A stretch of DNA of 64,000 nt from Octopus vulgaris. Its lineage: Eukaryota. Of this stretch, positions 13,420 through 28,113 are shown in pieces. The notes under the pieces were generated by a model. That model was not told where the DNA came from. It ran no database searches and saw nothing but the letters and a program-made list of their open reading frames with translations. The DNA lies in NCBI GenBank assembly GCA_951406725.2, contig OX597822.1:98704001-98768000 (forward strand). Direction: 5' to 3'. A program made the translations under genes and the position numbers. Positions within the stretch are counted from its first letter, which is position 1; the number at the start of each line of letters is the position of its first letter.

Positions 13420-14564
13420 ATGCCTGTACATCATCTCCAAACCTTCCAATATATATATATATATATATCTTTTGCATTATGCTACTTCATTTCACGTTGC
13501 TCCAGTCTACTCAACTGGCAAAATTGAGAAATTCCACGTTTCTATATAACTTTATTACTTGAATCGCTTTTTGCATGTCTTTCTAATTTCACAAATTTCC
13601 CTCCGTACGAACCAGTAAAACTAACTTCTGCCTTTTGAATCTTTCCATTTTTAGGACAGAGTTTCAAATAACACTGTATAACTCACCTTTTGTCCTTGGG
13701 TAGCATGTGTTCCTTGCTATTTGCTTACCCCTAGAAAGTATGCAAAATTGTTAATATTTCCTTCAAACTTTGCTTTTGCTACATTTATTAAAACCCCAAA
13801 GAATCCCTCTCAACAACTGGCTATGATGCTCCCCCACTACTCCTCATCGTGATCATAGATGCACATGTTATCAGCCACTAGGGGGACATGCTCAAATGGT
13901 AAAGATCAAGCAACTGACAAGCAAATCTTTGGTATTGAGCAGTATATCTGCTATAACGATATTTCTGCTTCAGCAACTCAGCGCTGAATGTGTCTGAAAT
14001 GTAAGGAATATAGGTTTTTTTTTCAAAACATTGATGTCCAGATCACAAAAGCAAAGTTTGAAGAGAATAGTAATCATTTCCTTCGATTTCTAAATTGAAG
14101 CAAAAAGGAAATAACACTTTCTCACCAAAGACAAAAACAAAGAAGAAAAAGACAATAATTGTCAATTATGTTGTTACTTACATTTACTGACACTAGGAAC
14201 GCTTTAAAACTGGACTGTATGCGTAGACATATTAACGCAATTCAAAGGGAAATATTTTAATATATCTGAAAATATAAGTTTTCTTTTCTTTTTCTATTTG
14301 ATCATTTAATAACTTCAGGAAAGTTACCAGATTTAAGTATATGAACACTCAAACAGAAATTATTTACATAGAAGATTTTTCTTTTTTTATAACTTTGTCT
14401 CTTCCCTTGGAGGTATGATCATTGCTTCATTAGTTTCCCAGTATTAAGAAATATCATAGTTCATTTCTCTACATTCAAGAAAAAATGTAAGCACCATAAA
14501 TGCCAAAATAACAGCAACACTGCTTCCATTCTTAATAAATGATACCACTTCATTTACTTTTCAG

Positions 14565-14647
14565 GTGCCACTGCGAAAGAAATAGGTATTCCACACTACC
14601 CGTTACCTCCTAAAAGTAGAGAAGCCACTTATGACTGGTCAGAACAC
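14565..14647 (+). CDS. Candidate internal exon (ATAKEIGIPHYPLPPKSREATYDWSEH)
   Basis: Strong acceptor CTTCATTTACTTTTCAG|G; open in phase 1; donor either CAC|GTTCGT (14648) or TTC|GTATGA (14652). Confidence 0.4.
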
Positions 14648-16582
14648 GTTCGTATGATTTTAAATGCCCGCACGTTTTGAATTGAGACAAAAATTTTAAC
14701 TTCTAGTTTTTACCTCAGTTGTTCATTAGTTTTGTCTTCGGGAAAATGTCTCACTTCTGTAAGCTCTGATCTTCATATGACAAACACTCATAGACGTAAA
14801 TTATGCATTTGGTTTTGCTCGATCATTTATAAGTTGCACCACTTCGATGAGCCTGTTTAACCTCAAATCACATCTATATTAAATACATCCAATCACGTTT
14901 GTTTCATCGGGAGTTTATCTAGGACTTCATTATACAATATCTCTGATTTTGTTTTGAGTACTTAATCTGAGATTAGATATGCAAAGCTGGGAGCTCTTTT
15001 CAATGGCAGTTATCAAGACAACAGTCATATTTGCGAAATATGAACAGCTGTCGCTTCAATTTAAAGAGAAATCATATCGATTCACTTGATGCTTTACGAT
15101 TACTGTTATGGGTAAAAACTCTTGCTGGAAAGAAATAACTGTCGATTTCTACGGCTTTATTGATTTGAACTATATGACAAATTCCTGATGTTGCTTCACA
15201 CTAACAATTTTGTCGCCACTTTGACATTATCTTCTGCAACGTAATTAAAATCAAATAGATTTAATGCTGCACTCAGGATCCATCATATCAATATAATCTT
15301 ACGTCCGATAATTTATGATTTATTAATTGAGCTATCGATGACAAACTTGGCTACTCAATGTAACACGTAAACAGCAAGTAATTAAAAGGAAAGAAATTAA
15401 TTGATCTAAATATAAATTAAAACAAATTAAAATTGAATAAAACTTTAGAACAGAAATAATTAGAATTAATGCATTTCCAGTTAATATTGGTGAGATTAGG
15501 GTAGAATTGGTTACTGCATGGCTTCCTTTCCTGCTGCATATTTATAGCTGGGCTTCAGCTCAGTACTGCTATTTATACAACACAAAATTTGCCATCATTA
15601 TGCCTCAACAATTTATTAAATGATAGGACTTTATATGTTTGTGTGTGTGTGTACATATATATACTCCGTGTATGTGCTGTATCCCTGCATATCTCTGTGC
15701 GTATTATCTTTCACTCATTTTATCTTTATAACTTTTTATACACGTATCTGTATCGATCTATCCATTTGTATGAGCATTTGTCTCTTCATCTTTGTGTCTG
15801 GGCAGTAATTACAACTATTTATCAGCTAAGAGAAAAACACACTCTATAAAAATGAATTTACAAGTAGTATGCAGTTTGGTAAATTGGCACAGTTTTTTTA
15901 AAAAATTCTTTTGCATATAAATATCATAAATATCATCTATTTATTTTACGTATATAGTGAAGGCGGCTGATTAATGTCGGCCACAATCAAGCTCATAAAT
16001 TTTGAAGTGAAAACTACAAGTAAAGTATCTGCTGAAAATGTATCGTAACAACGTGGTAAAATATAATTTAAACGTGGGCAATATTTGTGTTTCAATAACA
16101 GCCTTAAGATAATTAGATATTTTATTTAATAGAAGAATTTTATAAATATTTATTAAGAATAAATATTTATAAGAATAATATGATAAGAATAACATATAAT
16201 TTTGTAAGCTTTAACATGCTAGAGGTGAGATATTTTTGTTTGTTGAACTCCATAAATAAGAACAGTTCTTGTTTGGCAATATGAAAATTTATTACGAGAG
16301 AATGAAATATGTAGATAATTATCCCTCCAAATTCCCTCAGCTTTATATTAATTTTCTATCGATTTATTATGCGGTTGAATGTATTTCTGTTAAAATTGTA
16401 TACAGCATGATATAGATGATATAGAATGATGTGGACGCCTCTGATGAGAACCTAACCAGTCTGCAGAGAAATGGCTAAATTTTAGCCTGTTTATGATTAC
16501 ACCATATGTTACATAATTAATAATTGATGTAAATCAATTGTTGTTCATCAATATTTCTCCATTTCCTGTTTATATATATATA

Positions 16583-16919
16583 AATTTGCCATCAAGATGT
16601 AGGACAAGATACTGTGATAGCCTGGGCTTCCGAGGCCCACAGCTCTTCAATATCCTCCCGAAGAACCTAAGAGACCTGCATGGGGTGGATGCAGATGTCT
16701 TTAAAATGAAACTGGATCTCTTCTTGTCAGGTATCCCAGATGAACCAACTTCACGACAGGGGGTGCAGATGAGGGCAGCTGCATCGAACTCTCTCATGCA
16801 CCAAATGGTAGTTGCTAAAAAGCATTCGTGAAGTAAAACCATGTAGCAACACCAAATGGCGGTGCCCCAGCATGGCCACAGCTCGTGAGCTGAAACTAGA
16901 ATCAATCAATCAATCAATC

Positions 16920-16920
<1 letters not shown>
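16583..16920 (+). mobile_element. CR1-like LINE 3' end with (ATCA)n tail
   Basis: ORF segment SLGFRGPQLFNILPKNLRDL...VFKMKLDLFL is typical of the CR1-group ORF2 C-terminus; ends in (ATCA)n before (TA)n. Confidence 0.7.
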
Positions 16921-16995
<75 letters not shown>

Positions 16996-17345
16996 ACATA
17001 CAGACTAACATCCATACCGTCTTTCATATGTTCCCTACTTATCCGATGACAGAATACTCCATAGTCTGGCATGCTCACCTATAACTTGGGATATTCCCAA
17101 AAACATCTGTAAGGCTTCAACTAACTTAAGAATAATATAAATTGATGTAAGACTTGAGATGCATGTTATGCCTCGTCATTTGTTGTCCTCTTTCACAAAT
17201 ATATATATATCTGCTAAATCGGAAACCTAAAATGGATCCATATCTTCCTTCCGTTACGAGCTTGGAACCTTGATAATCTGTTACAACACTTACCCAGCTT
17301 ACCAATTCGTTTAGATCACCAGTGAACCATACCCCCATATTATAT

Positions 17346-17429
<84 letters not shown>

Positions 17430-17432
<3 letters not shown>

Positions 17433-17635
17433 GTGAAGGCGCATGGCTTAGTGGTTAGAGCATTCGGCTCACGATCGTACGGTCGAGAGTTCAATTCCTG
17501 GCGACGCGTTGTATCCTTGAGCAAGGCACTTTATTTCACATTACTCCAGTCCACTCTGCTGGCAAAAATGAGTAAAGGGCTTGCCTTGTCACACTCTGCA
17601 TCACGCTGAATCTCCCTGAGAACTACGTTAAGGAT
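17430..17635 (+). mobile_element. tRNA-derived SINE (family D) between TA tracts
   Basis: TGGCTTAGTGGTTAGAGC (A box)...GAGTTCAATTCC (B box)...TCCTTGAGCAAGGCACTTTATTTCAC. Confidence 0.8.
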
Positions 17636-17650
17636 ATATATATATATATT

Positions 17651-17697
<47 letters not shown>

Positions 17698-18429
17698 TAA
17701 TATGTGAAGGTGCGTAGGCTAGTTATTAGGAGGCTAGTTATCTGGAGATCGTGATTTCGATTTCCAGAATGTATGTGTGTGGTATTCTTGCGCTGAGCTC
17801 TTCATTTCACGTCACTGCTGTCCATTCACCCTGTGGCGGACGAGCCTTCTGATCAAGGGAATGTTGGCCTATTCTACACCAGATTTGATTGATGATTTAA
17901 CTTTGGCGCAAAACTCTCTCACCACTAAATAAAGCAGCCTTTTTATGGTTTCCATATATAAGCGATATTTGTTAAAATGTAGCATATATTAGAATAATTT
18001 TCAATGAAATACTGAATATGGAAGGTCACAAATACCGCTACGCAATGACATTTTGAAGAGATGAATAAAATAATTCAATACTCACGATTTTGATTGAAAA
18101 CTGATTGCGAACAGAAAAGATTTTAATTAAAAGAACATAATTAAAATCATGAAACTTTTGTGTTATGTGCAGGGTAATGTCAAGTAAGGTGATTGCAAAT
18201 GCCTAAAGGTATTCAAATTATAAAATAATTTTTTCACGACGAAGAAAATCGCATAGCATTTTAATTTGAATTTTAACTTATCTAATATGCATTATTTTAA
18301 TAACACGTTCATACTTTCATTTTTCTTTGAACTTGCTACGCTGTGACATACACATTTAATAATTAATAATTAATATCCTCCTGACTCCCAATTCTAGGTA
18401 TTTTTCTGGTACTTATTTTATTATTCCAG

Positions 18430-18519
18430 TATGATACGAAATACAAAGTGTCTGGATTAAGGGAGGAGTTTCCAATTGAAATTGAATTTGGTCCCTTCAT
18501 CTTTAAGTTTCCAGAATAA
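18430..18519 (+). CDS. Candidate terminal exon (YDTKYKVSGLREEFPIEIEFGPFIFKFPE*)
   Basis: Acceptor TTATTATTCCAG|, phase 0, 30 codons to TAA; immediately followed by a Tx1 endonuclease fragment; partly duplicated at 19740-19809. Confidence 0.3.
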   Translation, partial: YDTKYKVSGLREEFPIEIEFGPFIFKFPE

Positions 18520-18721
18520 AGCCACAAAATCAAGTCACAACATGTAGATATCAGAGCCATCAGCGAAAGCAAACATTTAAACCCGTGGACCCTCCAGCCC
18601 ATGTTCGGCAGACAATTCGACAATTATTTTCCCCGTGTCTGATGGGAATGGGCGGTGGTGGTACTGCAATCCGTTTTCGGAAGTGTCGGAATCTCAAATA
18701 ATAAATAGTACAAATAATGCA

Positions 18722-18886
18722 GGAGGCGCAGGAGTGGTAAGTAGCTTGCAAACCAACCACATGGTTCCGGGTTCAGTCCCACTGCGTGGCATCTTGGGCA
18801 AGTGTCTTCTGCTATTGCCCCGGGCCGACCAATGCCTTGTGAGTGGATTTGGTAGACGGAAACTGAAAGAAGCCTGTCGTATATAT

Positions 18887-18926
<40 letters not shown>

Positions 18927-19143
18927 TTGTGTGTCTGTGTTTGTCCCCCTAGCATTGCTTGACAACCGATGCAGGTGTGTTTACGTCCCCGTCACTTAGC
19001 GGTTCGGCAAAGAGACCGATAGAATAAGTACTGGGCTTACAAAGAATAAGTCCCGGGGTCGATTTGCTCGACTAAAGGCGGTGCTCCAGCATGGCCGCGG
19101 TCAAATGACTGAAACAAGTAAAAGAGAATAAAAGAAAAGAGAA
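18722..19143 (+). mobile_element. tRNA-derived SINE (family B)
   Basis: GGCGCAGGAGTGGTAAGTAGCTTGC...GGTTCAGTCCC..., internal TA/GT tract, AAAAGAG-type tail. Confidence 0.85.
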
Positions 19144-19255
19144 TACACACACACACACACACTCTCTCTCTCTGTTTCACGCGCGCGCACATACACGCAC
19201 ACACTGAGTCATACATACACATATACACTTGTGAATAAATAAGTATACATGCATG

Positions 19256-19316
<61 letters not shown>

Positions 19317-19814
19317 TGTAATGCTTTATCAAGTAGAAAAGCTTCTATCAGCTAAATAAAGATAATTGAAATTATAAATCACAAATCTTGCAACTAGCTG
19401 CCCAGGTTTTCCTGCTCGAAACAACAAATTATTCCACCATTTATCAAGGCTGAAATCAAGATCGTTTTGTCAGATAACTTTTAAACAATAAAGAAGAAAA
19501 AGGAAAAACTCAAGGGAGATAACCATAATAATTCGATGTTAAGCAGACGCAAACCAGCATTAATGGTTCACTAAGTGTGCAGTGGTCTACTATTAAATTC
19601 CGACAAGATGTATTTTTCTAAATATGGACATAGAGAAAAAACCGCGTTCCTTGAAGTTATGTATTAATTGGAGGTTCTCAAGTGTAATAGAGTTTTTCAA
19701 GCGAAAACACCGAGCGTTATCTAGACTCGTTAATACACGGTCTGGATTAAGGGAGGAGTTTCCAATTGAAATTGAATTTGGTCCCTTCATCTTTAAGTTT
19801 CCAGAATAAAGCCA

Positions 19815-21700
19815 CAAAATCAAGTCACAAAATGTAGATATCAGAGCCATCAGCGAAGGCAAACACTTAAACCCGTGGACCCTCCAGCCCATGTTCGGCA
19901 GACAATTCGTCAATTATTTTTCCCCGTGTCTGATGAGAATGGGCGGTGGTGGTACTGCAATGCGTTTTCGGAAGAGTCGGAATCTCAAAATAAGGGTAAT
20001 ATTCCTAGACCCGGACGGTAGGCTGGTCATCTTGGATGTCAGTGGCAGTAATGGGTGTGCTTTCAGACTAATGACAGTGCACTCACCGTTCTTGTTAGGT
20101 CGGCCGGATTTCTTTCGACGTCTAGAGATTTTCCTGGGAACGTCTCGACCTTTACACTTGGTGGGATTTGCAACGCTACCTTGGACACGCATTTAGACTA
20201 TGTAAGTAGAGACAGGAAGAGAAGGGAATGCAAAAGCCTCAAAAACCTGCTCAAACATTTCCAACTATCTGACAGGTGCCGACTGGATTACCCGAATGTG
20301 CCAATGTGAACATGGACCAATCGCATCGGGTCGTCCAGATCGCATTTACATAGCGTATCCTGTAGGACTGTGGATAGGGATAGTGTAGGTTTTCCACAAT
20401 TTCACATAGTCAGCTATACAGATCACAAATTTGTGACTTGTACGCTCGACTTAGATAAGAATCATAGGTGGGGTCCCGGTTACTGGAAGCTGAGTGCATC
20501 GTTCCCGGTGTGACAGGCATACGGAGACTGGATTAGCACATTAGTTAAGAGGGCGTTGACGGGAGCCATCGTCAACAACAAATGGAGGTTTGCCTTAAAG
20601 AGGGCAATTAAAGCAGAATCGGTTAGGTGCAACAAGGCTTTAGCGATAGATCAAAATAGAATAGAGGGATACCTAGTTAAGAAGTTAAAAAAGCGGCACT
20701 TAAAAGTGACATCGCGTCCGACGTACTGGCGGCGAGGTTGGCCCTTTACCAACACGTCAACGCCAAACACAAAGGTTGCGTTATCAGAGCTAGGAGGTGT
20801 GCCCTGAGAAACGAAGGAATTGCAGCCGCCCAAGAGGCGAGGGTGGTGAAGGCACAACGTGACAACAAAGACACCATTCTTTGGTGGATGAACAGTGCGA
20901 ATTACTCGAGCTGAAAGGATGTGTGAGACTTTTGAACACTTTGCCCGACTGTTCGGAATAACTGGTGCGTCAGAACGCATGGTGGACTTTAGTACCTACC
21001 AGCATGGCCTACCACGACTTTCGGCAAGAGAGGCGGAGTTTTGTGAAAGCCCTATTAGATTGCTGATGTATGGAATGCGATGGCAGGCTGCGCGAGAGAC
21101 TAGTCGCCGGGCTTGGATGGTCTGCCCTACGGCCTTTATTGTCATATGCCAGACTTGTTTGGAGACGTCTTGACAACTGTCTACTGCAACTGGCAGCAAA
21201 ACGAGAGTATCCACAGTTTTGTGATCTGAGGAGCGGAAGCGGTGACACTACAAAAGAAAGACCCGAACAAGGGGAACGTTATAGATAATTTCCAGCCCAT
21301 CACTCCACTCAACGCAGATTTGAAAATTTAGGCCAAGGTGCTAGCCAAGAGGTTGGCGCTTGTCATCGAGAAACTGGTCGATAAAGCGCAAACATACACC
21401 GTGCCGGGCAGAAGTATCCATGACAACCTCCATCTCATGCATTACATCATAGATAGAGTAGTTAAGGAAGCTGGCATGGATGGGACGTTGCTCAATTTGG
21501 ATAAATCAAAAGCTTTTGATAGGGTCGACCAGCAATACTTGTAGGCTGTCCTTAGGGTGGCTGCTTACGGTCCAGTCTTCTCTGGTTGGATCGCTGGTTT
21601 ACACAGCAGCATTCGCTCGGTAGTTCTCATAAATGGTCATCTATCTAGACCATTTAACATCACGCGTTCGGTCCGTCAAAGATGCTCACTTTCGTCACAT
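19815..21700 (+). mobile_element. Decayed L1/Tx1-clade LINE ORF2 (APE endonuclease + RT), truncated at (TATG)/(TCTA)n
   Basis: APE motifs VDIRAISE...DPDGRLVILDV...YTDHK; RT motifs [51 protein letters not shown]; many stops and frameshifts. Confidence 0.85.
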
Positions 21701-21727
21701 CTGTATGTATGTATGTATGTATGTATA

Positions 21728-21804
<77 letters not shown>

Positions 21805-21821
21805 GTCTGTATGTCTGTCTG

Positions 21822-21883
<62 letters not shown>

Positions 21884-21981
21884 ATGACTATCTATTTGTC
21901 TGTCTATCTATTTATCTATTTATCTGTTTATCCACCAACCATCCATCCATCCATCTATCTATTTATCTATCTCTCTATCTC

Positions 21982-22050
<69 letters not shown>
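21700..22050. repeat. (TATG)n-(TCTA)n compound microsatellite
   Basis: Long TCTA runs; explains the 258-aa poly-IYLS ORFs. Confidence 0.95.
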
Positions 22051-22469
22051 GTTTTGTGTCTATCTATGTGTCGTGTCTATCTTCTCTTCATCTTTATATT
22101 CAAATTTCTCTTTTGCTTTTCATACCATTTTCATTTTATTATTTTTCTATCCTTTTATCTATCTGCGTACCTTTCTTTCTTGTCTCCTATCATTATATCT
22201 GACTTTCCCTCTATCTATATATATCTCTTTATCTTCCTTTGGTTACTACTTCTCTATTCCTCTCTGCCTTCCTCTCAACCCACTAGCACTTATTATTTTA
22301 TTTGCTCGGTACATGTCTTTGGTAAGTTTTTAAATGATAAAATATATGCTCTTGAAGATAACTATCCTAAATTGTACAGGTTGAACTACAAACAGATGAA
22401 TTATTCAAACATTTCAATGTTGAATATAGTGTATTGGGTGGGTGGGGGAAGTACATAGAGAATTTCTAA

Positions 22470-23900
22470 ACATCACTATTATAATGGATATTATAGGAAA
22501 CTTGGATTATACATTTTCTGGTGACAAAGGAAATCCTTTCACCAGTATTTGTTGTGTGGTGGTATACTTGCAAATGAAAGTATGGCATGGAATATTTTAA
22601 AATGCTGATTTATGTTCAAACGCTATTATTTATCGGGAGAGCCGTTAGAATACATCAATGAGATTAGGAAATCTACGAAGAAATAATCTGCAATATGCAT
22701 AAAAAATTTAGAAATATCAGTTAAATCTTAATGGCAAGTTACTTAGTTGCTACTATAACAGCCAAAAATATAGAACCATAGAAGATTCATGTTATGCTAT
22801 AGCTCGAACAATGAACGCGAATTTAAGATGGAAATTTTTTTAAAAAGTAGATCTTTTTTCACAAGGATCAGAAGACGGGTTTGTTCTAAGTATATCTCAA
22901 GTTCTTAAGATGTAGTTGCAAAAAAGAACAAGATATTTGCGCTGTAGGTAGATGCGTCAGGAGATATGGTAAGTACAACAATTACATTATAGATGGTATG
23001 GAAATACAGAATGGTTAATACGCCGTTCCTTTGAAAACTAAAAGCAAAGCTGTATTTCAAATTTTGATAGTTCCCTGAATGAAAATAATTTGACTTTGAT
23101 AAATTGAAGAGGACTAGGTACAAATGGCTGGCACTCAATGACTGGCACACCAAAACTTTTAAAATTTCTTTAAAAAAAAACAAAGTATGAAAATCCTAGT
23201 CACACATTGATTTTTACTTCACGGAATACTAATTGCAAAACGACTTTTTAAAAGTAAATTAAAAGTATTTATGAACAAAATAGTCAAAATGTTCAATAGT
23301 TAAAAAGCATATCTTTTAAATCACGCTTATTTACTCATGAAGAGGTAGGAGAAGGTTTTAAAGTTCTCTTTTACTCACTGAAGTTTGTGGCTCTCAAGAA
23401 GCCGAGTGCTTTGTCGTGTATAATAATTGAGAGAAAAGATATGGAAACTTTTCTGAGCGAATCAGCAAAATGAATTTTGTGATTTGATTCAAAAGAAGTT
23501 TTTGCATAGATTAACTCTCAGATGTGCTCGAGGATTTAAACAAAACAAACACCTACGTAGAAATGAATTCTGAATTCTTCTACTAAATACTGTCACCTGA
23601 AAATATCAAGTGTCATTTGTTGGATGTAGCGTTTATTTACGAATGTCTATTTATTTCAGTAAACTAACTACAAAAATGCGTGTCAATTTTTTGATTTATT
23701 CCTGATCTAAAAGTCTCAGGACCAACAACAAATAAATTCTATAGACGTGAGGTATATATAGGAAAGGCAGCTTATAACGTTCCTGATAATTCCAAGTTTA
23801 TGAATTCACAATATGAAATGACGTAGTTATGAAGGTGATTAAAAATCAGGCGAAGTAAAGTTTCGCTTATGAAGTTCATTTTCTCTCCTTATTTTTATTG
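22470..23900 (+). mobile_element. Highly decayed hAT (Buster/Charlie-type) transposase remnant
   Basis: Fragments in order: YTFSGDK...LCGGILANESM (BED-like), ASYLVA, GTNGWHSMTG (~TDGAxxMxG), ILVTH*FLLH (~THCFLH), and TEV / WLSRSRVL across a frameshift (~HTEVRWLSRGKVL); boundaries approximate. Confidence 0.55.
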
Positions 23901-24176
23901 ATAAATTTCGCCTCATTCTCTCAGTATTGTACCTTTCTCTATTGATTGCTTATTGTTTGATTCTTTAACTAAAAGTTAAAGTGTCTGTCAAATTCAAAGC
24001 AGCATTTTACCAAAATGAAATACTAAGAACGAAAGATAGTTTATACTGTATAAATCCAATGAGTGAGTTAAAATTATCAATAAAAATTGTATTGTCAAGT
24101 AGGGCAGATGTATGGAAAACATGAATTTTGGCAAAATAATTAAAAGCTACAATTATCATGGATTTATAAAAGAAAT

Positions 24177-24234
<58 letters not shown>

Positions 24235-24316
24235 TTAATGATAATGATTATAATAACAAGAATGATAATGATAATATAATAGTAATAACAACAACATCAA
24301 CAACAGCAACAACACC

Positions 24317-24870
<554 letters not shown>

Positions 24871-24871
<1 letters not shown>

Positions 24872-25361
24872 TGTCTTGGTATAAAAGATGGGCTACAGTA
24901 AATATTCTGCTCAACATCACAGATTTGCATGTCAGTTGTTTAACCATAACCAGTTGAGCATGTCCCTTAAGGGTTGACGACATGTGCAACTCTGATCATG
25001 AGCAGAAGTAGCGGGGGAGCATCGAAGTCATGGCTGAGGGCACTAGTCAGCATCAGTATTGCTAGAAAGAAGAGTTAAAACAATTTGGAATGTGAATAAT
25101 TCACTTTAGGAAACATGGATTTTTTGTTCAACATGATTAAACAAACCTTATTCACGGACCTTTTGAACGGGATGGGTTACTCGACCTGAAGAAAATTCTA
25201 ACTGGGCTCCACCTGCAAGGTCATCCGTTGTTTATCTTGATATAAGATCACCATGCTGCGCACATATGATTGTGATGCATGTGCCTGGTGCCCCCAATCA
25301 GACAGGTAATCATACTGGATACCCCAGTGTCTCTTTGATGGCATTCACTGATCTCTCACTC
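24871..25361 (+). mobile_element. Non-coding (TAA)n-embedded element (family E), 5'-truncated
   Basis: Reverse complement of 49249-49720; flanked by (AAT)n on both sides; ends CTCTCACTC-AATAAT. Confidence 0.75.
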
Positions 25362-25371
25362 AATAATAATG

Positions 25372-25414
<43 letters not shown>

Positions 25415-25415
<1 letters not shown>

Positions 25416-25914
25416 GACTATAAAAGCTAATAAGCCGGATATTATTATAAAAAGATCAGAGTAAAAGGATGTGCTTATTAATTGACATGAATATTCCCTG
25501 TGATCACAATATAACGGCGAAAGAATTTGACAAGATTAGTAAATATAGACTTGTGAATAGAAACTGAAAAAATGAGGCATCTCAAGGTGACTACAGTACC
25601 AGTGATTGTAAGATCTCTAGGAATGATGAAAAAAAGGTACTGAAACCTATTTGAAAATGATTCCAGGCTCACCATCCCTACAGGAAGTGCAAAAAATCGT
25701 ATTAACTGGAACGGCTCATGTACTGAGAAGAGCATTATCGCTGTGAAAATAACATCCATCCATGAATTTATTTATTTATTGATTTTCAAATACATATTTT
25801 ATCTGCGTATTTGCGCGTGTAATCTGGGAATGCATACAATGCTCTTCTCTGCCCTAGGTGTATGGAAAACACTCGGCGAGAAACGGAACAAAATTCGAGG
25901 AAAGAAGGAAGACC

Positions 25915-25915
<1 letters not shown>
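25415..25915 (+). mobile_element. Divergent R4/Dong-like 3' fragment (second subfamily)
   Basis: IKANKPDIII...LIDMNIP...ISKY...VPVIV REL motifs with frameshifts; 3' UTR shared with 36040-36305; (AAT)n flanks. Confidence 0.75.
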
Positions 25916-25969
<54 letters not shown>

Positions 25970-26062
25970 TAAACATGGGAAACATGTAAATAATAGTGAT
26001 CATCATCATCATCATGACCATGATGATCATGATCATGATCATGATCATAGTAAACATGATGA

Positions 26063-26093
<31 letters not shown>

Positions 26094-26979
26094 TTAGGCA
26101 TAAGGCCAGTATTTTAAAGAGATGGTTTTGTCGATATCCATCAACAAGACGTCGATTAGCCTCAGTAGAATCCACGCACCCTACCATTAGCCGTTATTTT
26201 CGACGGCACGATCCAGCTAGTTTATTTTATAAAATCCTTGAGTGTTTTGTAAACTTTCGCTCCTGAATTTTTAAAACGAATATGTTTAAATAATGTTGGG
26301 ACTGTTATTTCTAGCAACCCCTGTTGGTTGGTTCGTTCGTTGCTTTTAAATATTTAATTAGCTCGCGAATTAATGCTAACTTCATTCGTGTATATTTTAA
26401 TATGTTGACAGTTATTTTTTACAAGGTTTTGACATGCCGATGTTCCCACCCGCGACTGATGATGGAAGAGGCAGCGACCGCGCTGTTTTCTGACTGGCTG
26501 AAAGTTCTGAAAATTATCAAACTTTGAACACCTCTAAAATCTTTGCAAAATTTTTCTGGAATAAATTAATAATAAATTCGGATTCAGCGTTAAAAATTAC
26601 ATTTATATGATACATTAAAAATAATTTAAAGATAATTGTATTTGGTGGCGAAATAGCAAAAGCACAAGATGCGAAATACCAAAAGTACAAAGTAGTGTTT
26701 ATACAATCATTCATTCATTCATTCGAAAATTATTATTCGTTCCATCAATACTCCAAGTTTCTCTTATTTGTGCATCAGTTCTCGTGATAAAAATAGGCAT
26801 GTGTATGCACGAATATGTTTGTGTTCGCAAATGTGTATACGCACGAGTATGTGTACGTGCACGCACCTCAGCATGTATGCATATATGTATACATGTGAAT
26901 GTGTGCTTGTTTGTTTTGCTTTGTGCGCCGTTATTTCATTTATCAGTGTACATATCAGTCAAAGGTATAAAGCAGTTAG

Positions 26980-27215
26980 AAGGCGGCGAGCTGGCAGAAA
27001 CGTTAGCACGCTGGGCGAAATGCTTAGCCGTATTTCGTCTGCCGTTACGTTGTGAGTTCAAGTTCCGCCAAGGTCGACTTTGCCTTTCATCCATTCGGGG
27101 TCGATAAATTAAGTACCAGTTACGCACTAGGGTCGATGTAATCGACTTAATACCTATGTCTGTCCTTGTTTGTTCCCTCTGTGTTTAGCCCCTTGTGGGT
27201 AATAAAGGAATAGGT
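26980..27215 (+). mobile_element. SINE family A with TSD
   Basis: Family A consensus; flanking AGGTATAAAGCAGTTA / AGGTATAAACCAGTCA. Confidence 0.85.
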
Positions 27216-28113
27216 ATAAACCAGTCATAGGACAGACACGGCCTGCGGGAAGCATGCAAGCTCGGGACTTTCTGAATGGCACACACATCGAAAAATCATC
27301 TCGAAACTTTTATAAGTACAGCCAACTTAATGATGGGCAATGTCTCATGCAGCCTGCTTCTCGGCAAAGCTTGCTCCTGCCTGGAGTAAGCATTGCGGAG
27401 ATTACAAGAATACCGGAATATTCGTCCTACACTGGGTTACCTATTTTCATTTCCACATTCTCACCGTTAGAAATACTGTGAATCAGTGACTGTGATCGAT
27501 CATTTGCAAATCAGAAGCATCGATGCTGATGTCCCAAAATTATGTCATAAAATAAATAGGTAAATATAAAACATAAATACTTTAAAAAAATGCAATAAAA
27601 CTATCAAGTTCATCTGAAGATGATTTCGAACCAGAGAGCTATAATAACTAATATGCATAGCGTGGCTTTGTGATAAGAATCTTGTTTTCCAACCACATGA
27701 TTCTGAGTTCAGTTCCACTGCGTTGCATCTTGTGCAAGTGTCTTCTACTATAGCTTCGGGCCGACCAAATTTTGTGAGTGGATTTGTTATCGGAAACTGA
27801 AACAAGACTGTTATATTAGTAAGACCTTATTCGACGAATTGAGGAAGAAATCCAGAATTCAAAATCATGATACATGTATATTTCTTGGCTAATTCTACAG
27901 CTTTTAGCTGAGCTAAAATGTTATATTTTCTCTACACTTTTGCCTGATTTCTGTTGCTCTGTTATGATTTTTAGTGAGTTTGGTGGCTTGTTTGAGCATT
28001 TTGACTCTTATCTCTAGGAAGCTGGTACTTAACGTGCCCGCTCTTGTAATTTCAGGACTTGTGCCTATAGTAAAAAAGTATATTGCGACAGTTAGAGAAT
28101 ATCAAAAAGGTAC

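Noticed and set aside
13750-14070. MITE with TIRs CTTCAAACTTTGCTTTTG / CAAAAGCAAAGTTTGAAG
   Set aside because: An 18-bp inverted match is real, but the outer ends and TSD are too decayed to define an element.
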